From positions 10,354,001-10,418,000 of the forward strand of contig OZ024748.1 of the NCBI GenBank assembly GCA_964016885.1: 64,000 nucleotides of DNA, written 5' to 3'. The position numbers and the translations under genes were made by a program. The notes under the pieces are model-generated. The model was not told the DNA's origin and searched no databases. It was given only the letters and a program-made list of their open reading frames with translations. Shown here in pieces: positions 1-12,721 of the stretch (position 1 is the stretch's first letter; each line of letters begins with the position of its first letter). The stretch comes from Eledone cirrhosa (Eukaryota).

Positions 1-75
1 CATCACACAACACGCATTAAAACAAAAAATTTTGCAGTAAACACTACTTTCAACTTTCAATACACACACACACAC

Positions 76-119
<44 letters not shown>

Positions 120-167
120 GTTTCTACTTTAGACACAAGGCCAGCAATTAACCAGTACATTACTGGT

Positions 168-268
<101 letters not shown>

Positions 269-958
269 GTTTCTGTGTGTGTGTATTGAAAATGGACAGT
301 AGTGTTTACTGCAAAATATATATATACACATATATATATATTGGCGCAGTGGTGGTTTTTATGATGAAATCACTAGATCATTTTCGGTGTGTGTGTGTAA
401 TATATATATATTTGTGTGTGTGTGTGTAAACATAGCTTGTTTTTCTACATGCAATTACTCAATTGTGTATGTGCGTATATAAATATATATGCCGTATAAC
501 AATATAAATATATACGCAACTATGACTGTACTTGCTATATACAACTATGCATGGAGGTGTTATATGTGTAAATGTATATATAAATGATTGTCATATATAA
601 CATGTGTATAGAGTATTATATAATGTAGGTGGACATGAAACAATCACCTACACACATATATGTATATATATATAGTACATGTAGTATATGGGGAAGCAGA
701 TTACATGCGTATATTGCATTTAGTGATTTGGTAATTATACACACACACACATGTATATATATTTATTATATATTACATGTATGACAAAATACATAAGTAG
801 GTCATTAGTAGGAGAGAAAAACATGCTCATCGCCGTGAACTGTTATTATGAATACAACTAATTAACTAACATACTAGATTTAACACATACTACACAAGTT
901 ACACATACTCAACACATTACACTCAGCCTCTACATTCCGACTTTACTCATACATTCAG

Positions 959-992
<34 letters not shown>

Positions 993-1574
993 CAACATAT
1001 ATATAATATATATATATATATATATAAAGAGCTGTGTGATTTTTCAGTGAGAAATCATTTTTTCGTCGTACATGTGCTCATAAAAAAATAAAAGGAATCG
1101 GTAGGAAAAGGGGCTAAATAAAAAATAAAAAGTCAAACCCCCTAAGGGTTAAACATACTGTTGTTATTAAGGAGTGGTTTTTGTGGTTGGGAGAAGAGAA
1201 ATAATATAAAAGTTAAAAAGCCGACGACCGCCATATTAAAGCTCAACGTTGTTGTTATAACCCCCCTAGTCTTCCGTATATCTCTTACTCTTTCTCTCAC
1301 TGTGGTAACTTGTGTGAGGGGAAAGGAGAGAGAGTGTGAGCTTTACTAGGGTTTATTTTAATATTTTTCGGTCTAATCTATGCATAAACATTCATATTTT
1401 AGTTATTATGGTAGGCAAAACATTAAATCGTTTACTAAATTTCTCGTTTGAAGGAAAGAGACAGCCACAGAGAAGAGTTTTAAAGCAGAAATGTTGAGAA
1501 AAACCGACATTTCACTACAATCGTTATGTATGCATGGTGGATACATTCACATAGATGTGTATGTATATTCATAA

Positions 1575-1607
<33 letters not shown>

Positions 1608-1746
1608 CTTATATTTATAGTAATAAATATGTGTATGTACAATAGACAGATACCTTTATATATATATATATATGTGTGTGTGTGTGAGAGAGAAAGAGTA
1701 TACAAAAATACATATATATAGACACAGAATGAGACATACATATATA

Positions 1747-1756
1747 GAAAGGATAC
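1747..1756 (-). other. U12-type (minor spliceosome) 5' splice site of cyclin T intron 1
   Basis: Minus strand reads CAG GT|GTATCCTTTC, the U12 consensus RTATCCTTT, at the point where cyclin T homology stops (phase 2). Confidence 0.9.
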
Positions 1757-1917
1757 ACCTGAAGCTTTTGGCCCATCTCCTGGATAAAATTTGCGGCCAT
1801 CTGTCTGTAATGTAACTCCTTCTTGGGGTCTAAAGGATCAGGACCCCGTGTGCTGGGAGAATGAGAAATGTCCGTTTTGGTAAAAAGCCATCGTTCCTCC
1901 TTCTCAGACCCCGCCAT
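1757..1917 (-). CDS. CCNT1: Cyclin T (P-TEFb cyclin), first coding exon; the gene continues leftwards out of the window
   Basis: Translates MAGSEKEERWLFTKTDISHSPSTRGPDPLDPKKELHYRQMAANFIQEMGQKLQV, matching the cyclin T N-terminus (W.F...SPS...D..KEL.YRQ.AAN.IQ.MGQ.L.V). The exon is 161 nt and is followed by the U12 donor GTATCCTTTC at 1756. An invertebrate gene would be co-orthologous to CCNT1/CCNT2. Confidence 0.93.
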
Positions 1918-1958
1918 CGGAAAGATGCTGAAGAAGAGCAGCGAACAGGCAGAGGAAG

Positions 1959-2030
1959 CCCGCATGCGCAGACCGCACCGGACTTCCTTGACACGGTCTA
2001 TGACGTCACGAAACGGCGCTATGACGTCAC
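1959..2030. promoter_or_regulatory. Cyclin T proximal promoter: NRF1-like GCATGCGC site and two CRE/ATF palindromes
   Basis: CGCATGCGCA at 1961-1970. TGACGTCA at 2001-2008 and 2022-2029, both in a CTATGACGTCAC context. CpG-rich patch just upstream of the ATG. Confidence 0.6.
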
Positions 2031-3248
2031 AATGGACCTCGTCAACTGATCGAGAAAGAAGAGGGAGGCTTAAGAGAGAGAAAGGTATAAAGAAACAAGG
2101 ACAGAGAGTTGAGTGAGAAAGTAAGAAATAGAGAGGAAGTCATTAGATATACACATATATAAAGAGAAGCTTACAAGAGAGAAAGAGTGAGAGATGAAAG
2201 CTTCAAAGTAAGAAAAGGCGAAATTAGGGTTTTTAGTGAGCAAGCCAAAAAAAAAAATGGCACTTTAAAACAAGTCTTAACCCTCCTGTATTTTATATCA
2301 ACACAAATAAAGTCTACATAGTTTTTCGTTCTTTGATTTACTTTAAGTTTCTACAAAGGCGACTTTTTTCTCTCTTAAACAACTCAATGGAATGTTTTAA
2401 ATAGAAAATTAAACGTTTTATATATATGGGGAAATGTAGGGTTTTAATTTTATTCGCATCTAATAAAAAATAAAAAAACATTTCGGGTAGGTAGACCTAA
2501 AGTTTATACTACGAAACCTAAACCGGTTGGAAGCAAACGACTTTGTGAGCATTTGAATGAGTGGGAAAAAAGTTTATAGTAACTGGATTGTTGTGAGTTA
2601 TGACCTTTAAATAAGAGGTGGGAAAGCAAAATGAAACAAATTACATGGATATTTATTAATAAAGGCGGTTAAATGACTGATCAATAATTCTATTTGTACT
2701 GTGTATGAAAAATACATCTCACTGTAAACATTCTTTATATTTAATAACCTGTATTGTGAATCGCAAGTTGGTCGCTTTGGTGGGGAGGGAGCATTTGGAG
2801 ACCCCTAACGTGAGAATTCAACATTTGTTATTAAGAAAGGAATTTTGTAAAAAAAAAAAGAGATACATTGAACACAAACAACATAGATGACCGAGAAATT
2901 TGAAATGCCTAATACGAGTGTCATGTGAAGTACGGGACATATTGGGAGTCAATCAATGTTTGATGACAGGTCATGCTAGAAATAGCAGCCAAATTTACGT
3001 CAAATCACATAGACTTAAAAAAAAAGAGCGGGGAAGATGAATTTGGTAATGTTCTTGATAAATAAATAAGCGTGATTGTGTCAGTTTTTAACATAGGTTT
3101 ACCCCGGCCTAAACAATAAATAAAAAAAACAACCAAAATTTCGACTGCATCTGTTTTGCATAGCGACACACGAAATTGTTTAAGTATATTGTAACCGACC
3201 TACAGACAATCCATATATATGTGCGTATGAGTTATATATATATATGTA

Positions 3249-3327
3249 CAGGGTGTCCTCCAAAAATGTATACATACTTCGACAGCATTCCAATAAACGT
3301 GTGTATACGTTTTGGGGGTACACCCTG
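3249..3327. mobile_element. Tc1/mariner-type MITE
   Basis: TA-CAGGGTGTCC...GGTACACCCTG-TA; TIRs with TA TSD. Confidence 0.8.
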
Positions 3328-4278
3328 TATATAGTGTGTGTGTGTTTATATATATATGATAAGCAGGCGAAACTCCAGAGTAGCAAGATTAGCCTTAATA
3401 AAATGAATATTTAAACTCTACTTCGGTATTGAGTACGCTTTACTTTCGACCGTCACCTACATAACGATATATATATATATATATATCGTTATGTAGTTTA
3501 TATATACCGCCGGGTCATTAACCTACATAGTCACATGCGAGTCGACAAAAGTCAAATCTGGTGACCAATCATCCTTGCCAACGGTTTTATATTTATATAA
3601 ATATATATGTGTGCGCATACACATGTTAAAGCAGCAGGCGAAACCCCAGAGTAACAAAACTGACTTGACCTTAATAAATAATTATTAATTCTCCCGGCTG
3701 TCAATATTGAGTGGACACACACACATATATATAATTTAAACTCAATATACGTATGTAGAATGAAGGTTTTATTTTCTAAGTAAAAAAGTGCCAGTGACTT
3801 CGAAATTCCAGCTTGGTTGCTTCATCTGCTATACATATATATATATATATTACGAAGTAGAATGGAATTATGTAATGCCCATAAATTCATGAAAAGCGAT
3901 AGCAGCTGCCTCCCGTAGTGAAGTAAAATTTGTTGGTTTCAAACACGCGAAATCGAAATCTACATAAATCCGTCTAACTGTGACCCCGAGCTGACCTCTC
4001 CCGACTCAATCGACCGATGAAAAAAAAAATGGTTTCGTTTGTTTAGCCCCAAGTCAGCCCTTGGCCAGCCAGCTTATGATTAATAAGCTTTACATGCTAT
4101 CAAGATATAATGTAGTCATAAATATGATTTTTAAGGCGTTATTTCTAACAGGTAAAATGACTATGGAAGAGGGTTCGTTGTTGTTGTTACTTAGTTCCAG
4201 ATCATCCCTAATTTAACATGATCTTTTATCAAAAGCTTTCTAGCCATGACCAAACCAATCGTCTTGTTTCTCTCTCTC

Positions 4279-4360
<82 letters not shown>

Positions 4361-7034
4361 CTCTATTTTCATTTATATATATATATGTTGTAGCTCTGGT
4401 TCGTTAGAATTATTGAGCGCTTGCCACATATCTCGGAAGTTGTTTTTCGCTAATTTCCAAAGCCGAAATACGATTCTCGCTAATTTATATTTGTATATAT
4501 ATATATGAGCTAGAGAGATATGAATGAGGTGTTACTAGTTAAGGCCATTATTCAACTTCGTACTTCACATTTAAGCAAAGTAAAATGTAGTTAGTACATA
4601 GATATTATGAGGATTTTCTACCCTAAGATTAAGCTTTCACCGTTTCGATGGTAAATGAGAATATTTTTCTCATTTGCTATCGAAACGGTGAAAAAAGCCA
4701 TATATAAAGGGAGCTGCAAAAGTAGTTATACATTAAGGATTACACCAGTATTATGATAGTGGCATTAGAATTCATTTAATACGTTTTGTTTTTCGTTTCT
4801 GAATACCTACTTTTGCAGCCTCCTGTATATGTGTATATATATATATTGTGTTCAGTAGTTGTTTCGGCAAAAAACAGGATTAAATAGGAGAAAGCTCTTT
4901 GCATTTGTAATATGTAGTTACGATGGAGATTCAATATAAGAATAACACATATATATATCGTTAAACTAATATATTTCTTCAATGTACTGTGTTGTTTACT
5001 TTGTTATTTCAGTTTACCTTTTGCACACACACATATATATTGATAGTCTGTGGTAGTGGGACCGGGAAGACCACAAATCAAGGAAGTACTCAATACATGT
5101 TAAAATGCAGATTTGGTATATTAGTAAAAGTAGAGGAACTACCGTTAGCTCGGCGGTTTCGGCTATTTACCTCTTCTTTCACTTTATATATATATATATA
5201 AATACATTTATAAAACAAACTTTGTATATATATATAGGATCGTTATATATTATATCAATCTCTTTTGATATATACATATACACATACATATTTATGGGTG
5301 GATTCTCGATGGGTGCCGAGTGGTGACCACAGTAAAAAAAAAAAGAAGTTACTCTGTCTGACGTTACTGATGATTTCCAGTAGAAGTCATTTCTGTATAA
5401 AATAAAAACGCGCGTGTGTGAATATCTATACATTTATATATATATATATACATACACACATTATGGAATACAATACATCACATTAGAATTACGTTGCATT
5501 GTCCAGTGTGTCCTTTTATTAATGACGGTTATGTTGTGATATGTGATAGATTTGGTTGCTATTTTTAGCAGGTTAATTACCACGTAGAAGAGATTCTTGA
5601 TGTTTTAGTGTCTGGTCAACCCTAAACCACCAGGCTTATGTTCAAAGACACTCAAGCCATGATCCTCTATCTCTTCTATAAATATTAGAAACCTTGCGCT
5701 CGTTTTTTTTTTTAGGAAGGAGGCGGTGTGGTTTGATAAAGATATGGCTGTTGTTTCTAGCAGACCAAACAACCACTAACAGGCTCGTAATTGTTTAGCC
5801 CCTTATGAGTCCTGATCCAGTAAACCCATAACCAAAGCTTTTCTGAACGATAACATCCCGTTTTTATGTCTTCCTTCTCTTTCATTTTTATTTTGAGGGG
5901 GAGGGGGGCTAATTCATACCTAGCGTACTTGTAATTACATTATAGAATGTTTTTAATGTTTTAAAGACACAGTAAGGTGCGATTTGATGGAGATTTGGCT
6001 GCTATTTTTAGCCAATCGATCGACAGCGAAGAAGCTCCCTCCATCGTTGCTTAGAGAGAGAGAAAGAAAAAAAAAGTAAATTTTTCAATGAATGGTTCCC
6101 TCGGCCTGTCCGTCCGGCCTGACAGAAGAGACGATATAATAGGGAGGAGAAAAACAGATACAGAAGAAGAGATATTTGCGTAGATTCATGAAAATATACA
6201 AATATAGAAAATGTACAAGAGTTGTTTCCTTTTAAGATAGGAAAAAAAAAATTTTTTTCCACCTATCAGATGAATGATTAATTAATCATTCAAACAATTT
6301 TAATTGATGTGAATTTGACATAAATAATTATGATTGGTGATTAAACGCAGTTGAGGAATTATCTGGACTTGGATTTTTGATTGATATATATTTTTTTTTA
6401 TTGGTGTTAGAATATCCATGTCACCTTCCTAATCTTTAACAAAAACCTTGTTTGATATATTTTAACGATTTAATTTCCAAATAAAACTTTTAACTAATTC
6501 CAGATGTTAGTATTTATTAATTTCTGATATTAATTTTGGCACTAACTTGGATGTATTGAATCTCAGTAAAAACATTCCAGCTGTGATCACCATCTCGCTT
6601 TTTTTTTTTTTTTATATTTCGCCGCAGGTCAACCATGGTTGAAACTGACACGACGCTCGTTTAGTCTGTGATGAAATTATTTGAAACTGATTTTAATTTA
6701 ATTAATTAATTTTAATCGAAAGCTTATGCGTGTATTTAAACATATATATATATATATATATATATATACAGGGGGAGGGGGTAATTAAGAATGATTTTCC
6801 GAAAGGGATCGGGGGAAAAACCACAGTTAAATAAAGTACATTAGTAATGAAGATACATATTTATTATTTAATTTCATATAGAAATGATTTCTGCAGGACT
6901 AGAACTGCTTCATTCGTTTGAAATCATCAGGAATGTCCTTGACCATCCCTGAATATTTCAATCGAACGGAACAGTTCTAGTCCTGTAGAAGTCATTTCTA
7001 TATGAGATATCTGCGTGTGTGCGTGTATGTACAC

Positions 7035-7330
7035 CACCATCATTTTTTAGTCCGCTTTTCTATATTTGTGTGGGTTGGACGAATCTTCTCCCAGCAAAGT
7101 ATTTCACCACTTGTCGCGGTCCTTTGTCATTTTTTCGCGAGGTCGCCACTTATTTCTAAGTCCTTTTCTGTACGTTCCATTCACTTGCACCACTCGATAT
7201 TTCGTGACCCAGCTATCACCCTTCATACATCTTACAGTGCAGTCTTTCTATATCTGCTTCCTCTTCTACCCAGTTCACTTGTACCCCTTTCGTTCATGTA
7301 CACTAACATTCAAGGCCAACAACTAATACT
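7035..7330 (-). mobile_element. Degenerate RTE LINE 3' end; a further RTE fragment lies at about 7630-7710 (RLERNEARIFRWMC)
   Basis: Contains the family tail motif (TCGTCCAACCCAC...GAAAAGCGGAC...ATGATG) preceded by a KDRDKW-like coding remnant. Confidence 0.6.
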
Positions 7331-9246
7331 CCAAGAACAGTCCAACAATGGTTGGTGCCTTATTAGCCCTACCATTGTTTGATAAGGCCAGACCGAATAA
7401 CGATAGCAAATAACATACCTTTTAATTTTATTTTTCTAACAATAAATGTCCGCAAGCTACATAAGCAAATTATTTACATAATACATAGGACTAGGCGAAA
7501 AAATGTAAATTTTCGATACTTATTTTATCCGTTTATTAAAAGCCTTTTATAATTTACCCTGTTCAACGCGATAAATCAAGGTGCCCTTAATCCTTGGTAT
7601 TCTAAGCACATGCTTATATAATTTAATGATTAATCTTAGCATGTTACCATTACACATCCAACGAAATATTCTCGCTTCATTTCTTTCCAACCGTTCGCTT
7701 TCAATGCCTATGTTTAGCAGTGATGCGACATCGTGTTTCGTATACAAACATTATACAATATATACATATGACCCTTCACATGACGAGAGAATTATGTGAG
7801 CATGCGTGTATTTTATTATTTTACGAATTTCAGCCCATGAGCTGTGAACATGCTAGGGCACCGCCATCACTATTGTTAAAACCTTCCCTCTGTAGTTCTT
7901 TATTTCTTTTTTTTTTTTTGTGAATGAGGGACTTTAATACTGCTTCTTTCGAATGTATTTCTTGTCGTGACATGAATTCATCTCTAATCTTAGATAATAA
8001 CATCTTTACATTTACTTAGTGTAGATCTTGAGTTTTTCGATGGGTTATTCAAAATCTGTGATTTTTGGACTCTAATCTATAAGGATATAGACACTGTAAC
8101 TGACCAAATAAATACTCAAACCTTTAGCATTAACTATAATGTGACATACAGCACAGGGTGGTTGTAGATTTCTCAGTACAGATGTTTGGTGCTAATCCTT
8201 TACAAGATCTTCTATATATATATATGCTCTGTGTTAAAATTGCAACTTCTCTTCTTACCTCTAAACGTCTACTCATTGTATTTCTATGAATATATAGCGC
8301 TTAAATCTTCTCAATCACAATTTCTCTTTAAGTAACTACGTTTTTGTTATGTATTATTTTTTTTTAAATATGAGAAAATATTTATGTGTGTGTATATATA
8401 TTGTATGTGTGTATGAATCTACAGATACCTGTATGTTTATGTGTTTGATACAGTTACTTATTACTTGTGTTGTATGTATATATATATATGTATATAAACA
8501 CACACACACATATATACATATGTGTGTGTGTGTGTATGTGCGACAACTAAAACTTTGGTTTATATCTTATATATATAGACACACAGAGGCAATCTGCTAG
8601 TTGCGGTGGATTGCTTCTTGTCCAGCAGTTGATTTTTAAACATTATATGACGACTATAATTGAAATCAATGCGTAGTTAGGAAGCATGTTTTATGGATGG
8701 GACCATGTTAGATTCAACTACGCGTAAGCGATTCCTACCGTAGCCTCGGGATGACCAACATTTTATGAATGGAGTCTAGTTGATGGAAAATATGTACATC
8801 TAAATAATGTGCTGTGGCTCTACGTCCGTGCTCCCGTCTGTGTTTATATCTAAACCGGTGTCGTTTCGAAAAGCGTAGCCGATAGTGTGAAACAGCGTGA
8901 ACTAGCCGTTCGACAAATATAGATCGATAAAATTGGTAACTGACTGAAGTACTGGGATGGCCTAAACTCTTATGCACTATTCCTCATGCTTACTGTTTGA
9001 TAAACCTTCCCCTGCAGAATTTCGAAGTCACACACACACACATTATATATTAATAAACTTATGAAAATCTGACACCTCTTCCAAACTTATTAATTATATA
9101 TATATATATAAGGAGTTGACGGATATATATATATATATATATGTAACAGATATTTAATATACATTTACAATAAATGCATACATATGCCCTACGGTTAAAC
9201 TTCTACCGTTTCGATATCAAAGAGGATTATATACATATATATATAT

Positions 9247-9299
<53 letters not shown>

Positions 9300-9927
9300 T
9301 ATATATATTGAAAATAATATATATGTAATACATATTAAAAATAATATATATATAATACATATTGAAAACAATATATTAAATAAAATAGTGTGTTTCTGTT
9401 TTATTATTCCGCTGTAAAGTAATAATTTTTCGCATTATATTTAATCAAAATCAAAAAAAGATGGATAACAAGTGTTTGAGGCATCTTTCAAGTTATAATG
9501 ATAATAATGACCCACTTTGAAAATGATACCAGTTGAGATATTACAGTATTAAATACATGTCACCTTCCTTCATTGTTTCCTCGATTATAGAAAATCAATT
9601 TAGAAATAAAATAAAATAATATAATATGCAACTAAACGAAAATGGGAAAAGAATACGACTAGATGTATTTGCTGGTTCATCTGAGAGTAATTTCAAATTA
9701 TTAACAAAGAAATGTGTATTAAAAAATTATAAAAGAAAAGATGAAAAAAAGGCCAGGTTGGTAGGGGACCATATTAGAAAGTTATTTCATCATAATTAGA
9801 ATGTTTGTGTATAAGTATACATAAACTGATATAAATATATATATATATGTATATGTATTTTCATCTCCACTATCATCGCCATCATAATCTGCACGTGTTT
9901 TACCTATATATATACACACACACACAC

Positions 9928-9974
<47 letters not shown>

Positions 9975-11688
9975 ATATATATATACCATATATATATATT
10001 TCTCTACTATCCTAAGTATTGAGTACTTTGGTGCGTTATGGTCCACCTGGTTCCTTACCACATTTCCTTCGTTATACCATATATATAAATATATGTGTGT
10101 GTAGGAGCGTGTTTCTACGTTTACAAAATATATTCTGTTTATACATATAACTATCTTCACAAACACACACATATATATATTAAAATACTCCTCTCTTTCT
10201 ATCTATCTATATATATAACCATAACCCTCATATATACGCACACAAAAAGTCCATTCTAAACTACGCAATGTGGCTGCCACGGGGGTAGAGAGCAGCGCTA
10301 TTAACCTGAAGGAAAGAAAGAGACTTATTCAGCAAGCCAGCTGCTCGATCTTCCTTTTTTTTTCTTTTTTGTTAATTTGTTTCTGCTCTTTTCGCAACAG
10401 AATAGAAAGAAAGATATAAAGATCATGAGAGGGAAATAGAAAGAGGAAAAGATATTATATATATATATATATATAAATATAGTTCAAGGAAACGATAAAA
10501 CAAGAGAGAGAGATATAGATATATATAAATATATTAAATAAATAAATATATATATATTTAGGGAGAGAGAAAGAAAGACAGAGTGCGTGACACGAAGAAG
10601 TGGAGACGGACATTTCCCCCTATAAGCAGTCACATGACAATTCCAAGTTGTAGCTTAAAGAAACACTTTAGTTGATCGGTGTTGCTTTAATTTCACTTTT
10701 ACAAGCTGGCACTATCACACTTTCCAGCAACTACCACACACATCAACATTTCTTCTCTCACTCTTCTTTCTACTTCGTCCAGAATTATTCCAAGTCTGCC
10801 TGTTTATTATTTTTTTTTCTTTTCTTCTTCTTCCACCCTCTCTTACTTTCTCTCTCTCTTTCATTTTTTTTTAAAAAACTTGTATGTAATTCTTTACTCT
10901 AAGATGGCTTAATTCAAACCGGTCAAAGAATTAAGATTTATTTCCCAAAAGTCATTGGAAAAGACTTCCCTTATTCCTTTACACAATACACGCATATAGA
11001 TATACTGTAATATAATATAATTATAATTATATATATATATTTATATGATCTATATATTCATCCATCTATGTATGTATAGGTATATATAAGCTTTGTTAAA
11101 GATAAGCCATGATGTCATTGAAACAACATTAAATAAAGGTTGGTATAATTTTTTTTTTCATTATTATAAATTATATTATCATTATATTGTCAACATGTTA
11201 TTTTGAGTTTTCTTTTATATATATATATGATTTCTTATTCTAGATCTAAATTCTATTAAAATATTACAAAATCTCCAGCAAAGATATTTCTTCTTTTTTT
11301 TTTCTTTTTCAAAGGTGCCATGAACTTTTTTTTTATTTCTCCAATCAACTCTGAAAAATGTGTAATTGTATCTTTGCACAATACTCTATATCCCTGCTTT
11401 TTTTTTCTTCCAGACACAAATGAAATCATCTTTGGAGGAGGGGTGGGGGCAATTTATAAAGGCTTAAAGCCGTCGTATATTTTTATTTTGTGTGAAGAAG
11501 GGTAAATATTATACATTTATTTATACTTCTCTTTCATACCAAAATATTTCTGATTCCATATAGGCGCAGTGGGAGTGTAGAACAAATGTGAGAATAGCAA
11601 GTTGGACGTCAGTGCCGCCAGCAACGACAGTGATTAGAACAGCCCTCCCTTCCTCCCTCTCTCGCCCTCAAAAGAAAATTAAAAAAAG

Positions 11689-11702
11689 ATGCATAGCAAT
11701 AG
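11689..11702 (+). CDS. KANSL2: KANSL2 (KAT8 regulatory NSL complex subunit 2) coding exon 1
   Basis: ATG CAT AGC AAT AG|GTAAGT gives MHSN(R), phase 2, which fits the G at the start of exon 17880. In-frame upstream TAA at 11680. Yields MHSNRINR, similar to the vertebrate start MNRIR. Confidence 0.72.
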
Positions 11703-12685
11703 GTAAGTAGTATGGAATTTCTTGTCATGTTTTTATCACTTGTAATTCAACACCATATTTTAATGCCTTCCAGCACCCTTTTTTTTCTTTTATAGGAGAA
11801 TGACTATATTTTATCTGTTATCAGTATACAATTTATATATTTATATATGACTGCGCCTTCTAGTGACTGTGACATGATACTGATGATTCGGCTGTTCCAT
11901 CATTTTGTCTGTCAATGGCAAACGTGTTGCTTCATGAAATTTATATAAAAAAAAAAAATCCCTGAGCCATTGACAGACTGTTGTTAAATCTCTCCTTTGG
12001 CTTACTCAACAAATTTTAGTGAGAAATGTTCCTTTTCCTTTGAAAGCTTTCAAGCTTCCTCCTTGTCACCATTACGTATAGAAATTATTTACCGAAAGAT
12101 CATTCTCTGTTGACAATCCAAAGTTAAAGAATTGTTTTATATTAATTAAAGATGGAATTATTGTTAATACTACAACTACTACAATATTGTTGGGTGAATG
12201 AATGTTACACCTGAATGGGTTACGATCTAGCTTCTAACCTTATTAAACCTAGTCATTTATAGCAAATATTAAAAAAAAAACTTTTAATTGATAAATATAT
12301 AATATAATATATATATTTGTATATTTGGCCATAAACAAACTCCAAAGTTAAATATTTGGTTTAAATTAAGTCTTAAAAATTGAATTAATATTACTATGTG
12401 TGATGGATGAATGAATCTTAGCTACACTTGAATGGATTTCGATCTGGCCTTAATTTTATTAAATCTGATCCTTTATATCAAATTTCTAAACTTTAAAATA
12501 ATTTTCTCTATATATATTTATTTTTGGCCATTACTGAACACCAAAGTTAAATTGTTTGGCGTTCATTTTAATTAAATAATGTTGGAATTAATATGTTGTG
12601 GATGAATGAATTTTACCTTACACCTGAATGAATTTCGATCTAATCTTAATCTATTAATCTAATCTTTGATAGGAAATTATTGAAT

Positions 12686-12721
<36 letters not shown>

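Noticed and set aside
1861-2116. Plus-strand ORFs across the cyclin T start
   Set aside because: Antisense or promoter GC-rich sequence with no recognisable protein.
11905-11980. 13-bp stem GTCTGTCAATGGC/GCCATTGACAGAC with CTGA (snoRNA or SECIS?)
   Set aside because: There is no convincing C box inside the stem, the interior is poly-A, and it lies in an intron rather than a 3' UTR.
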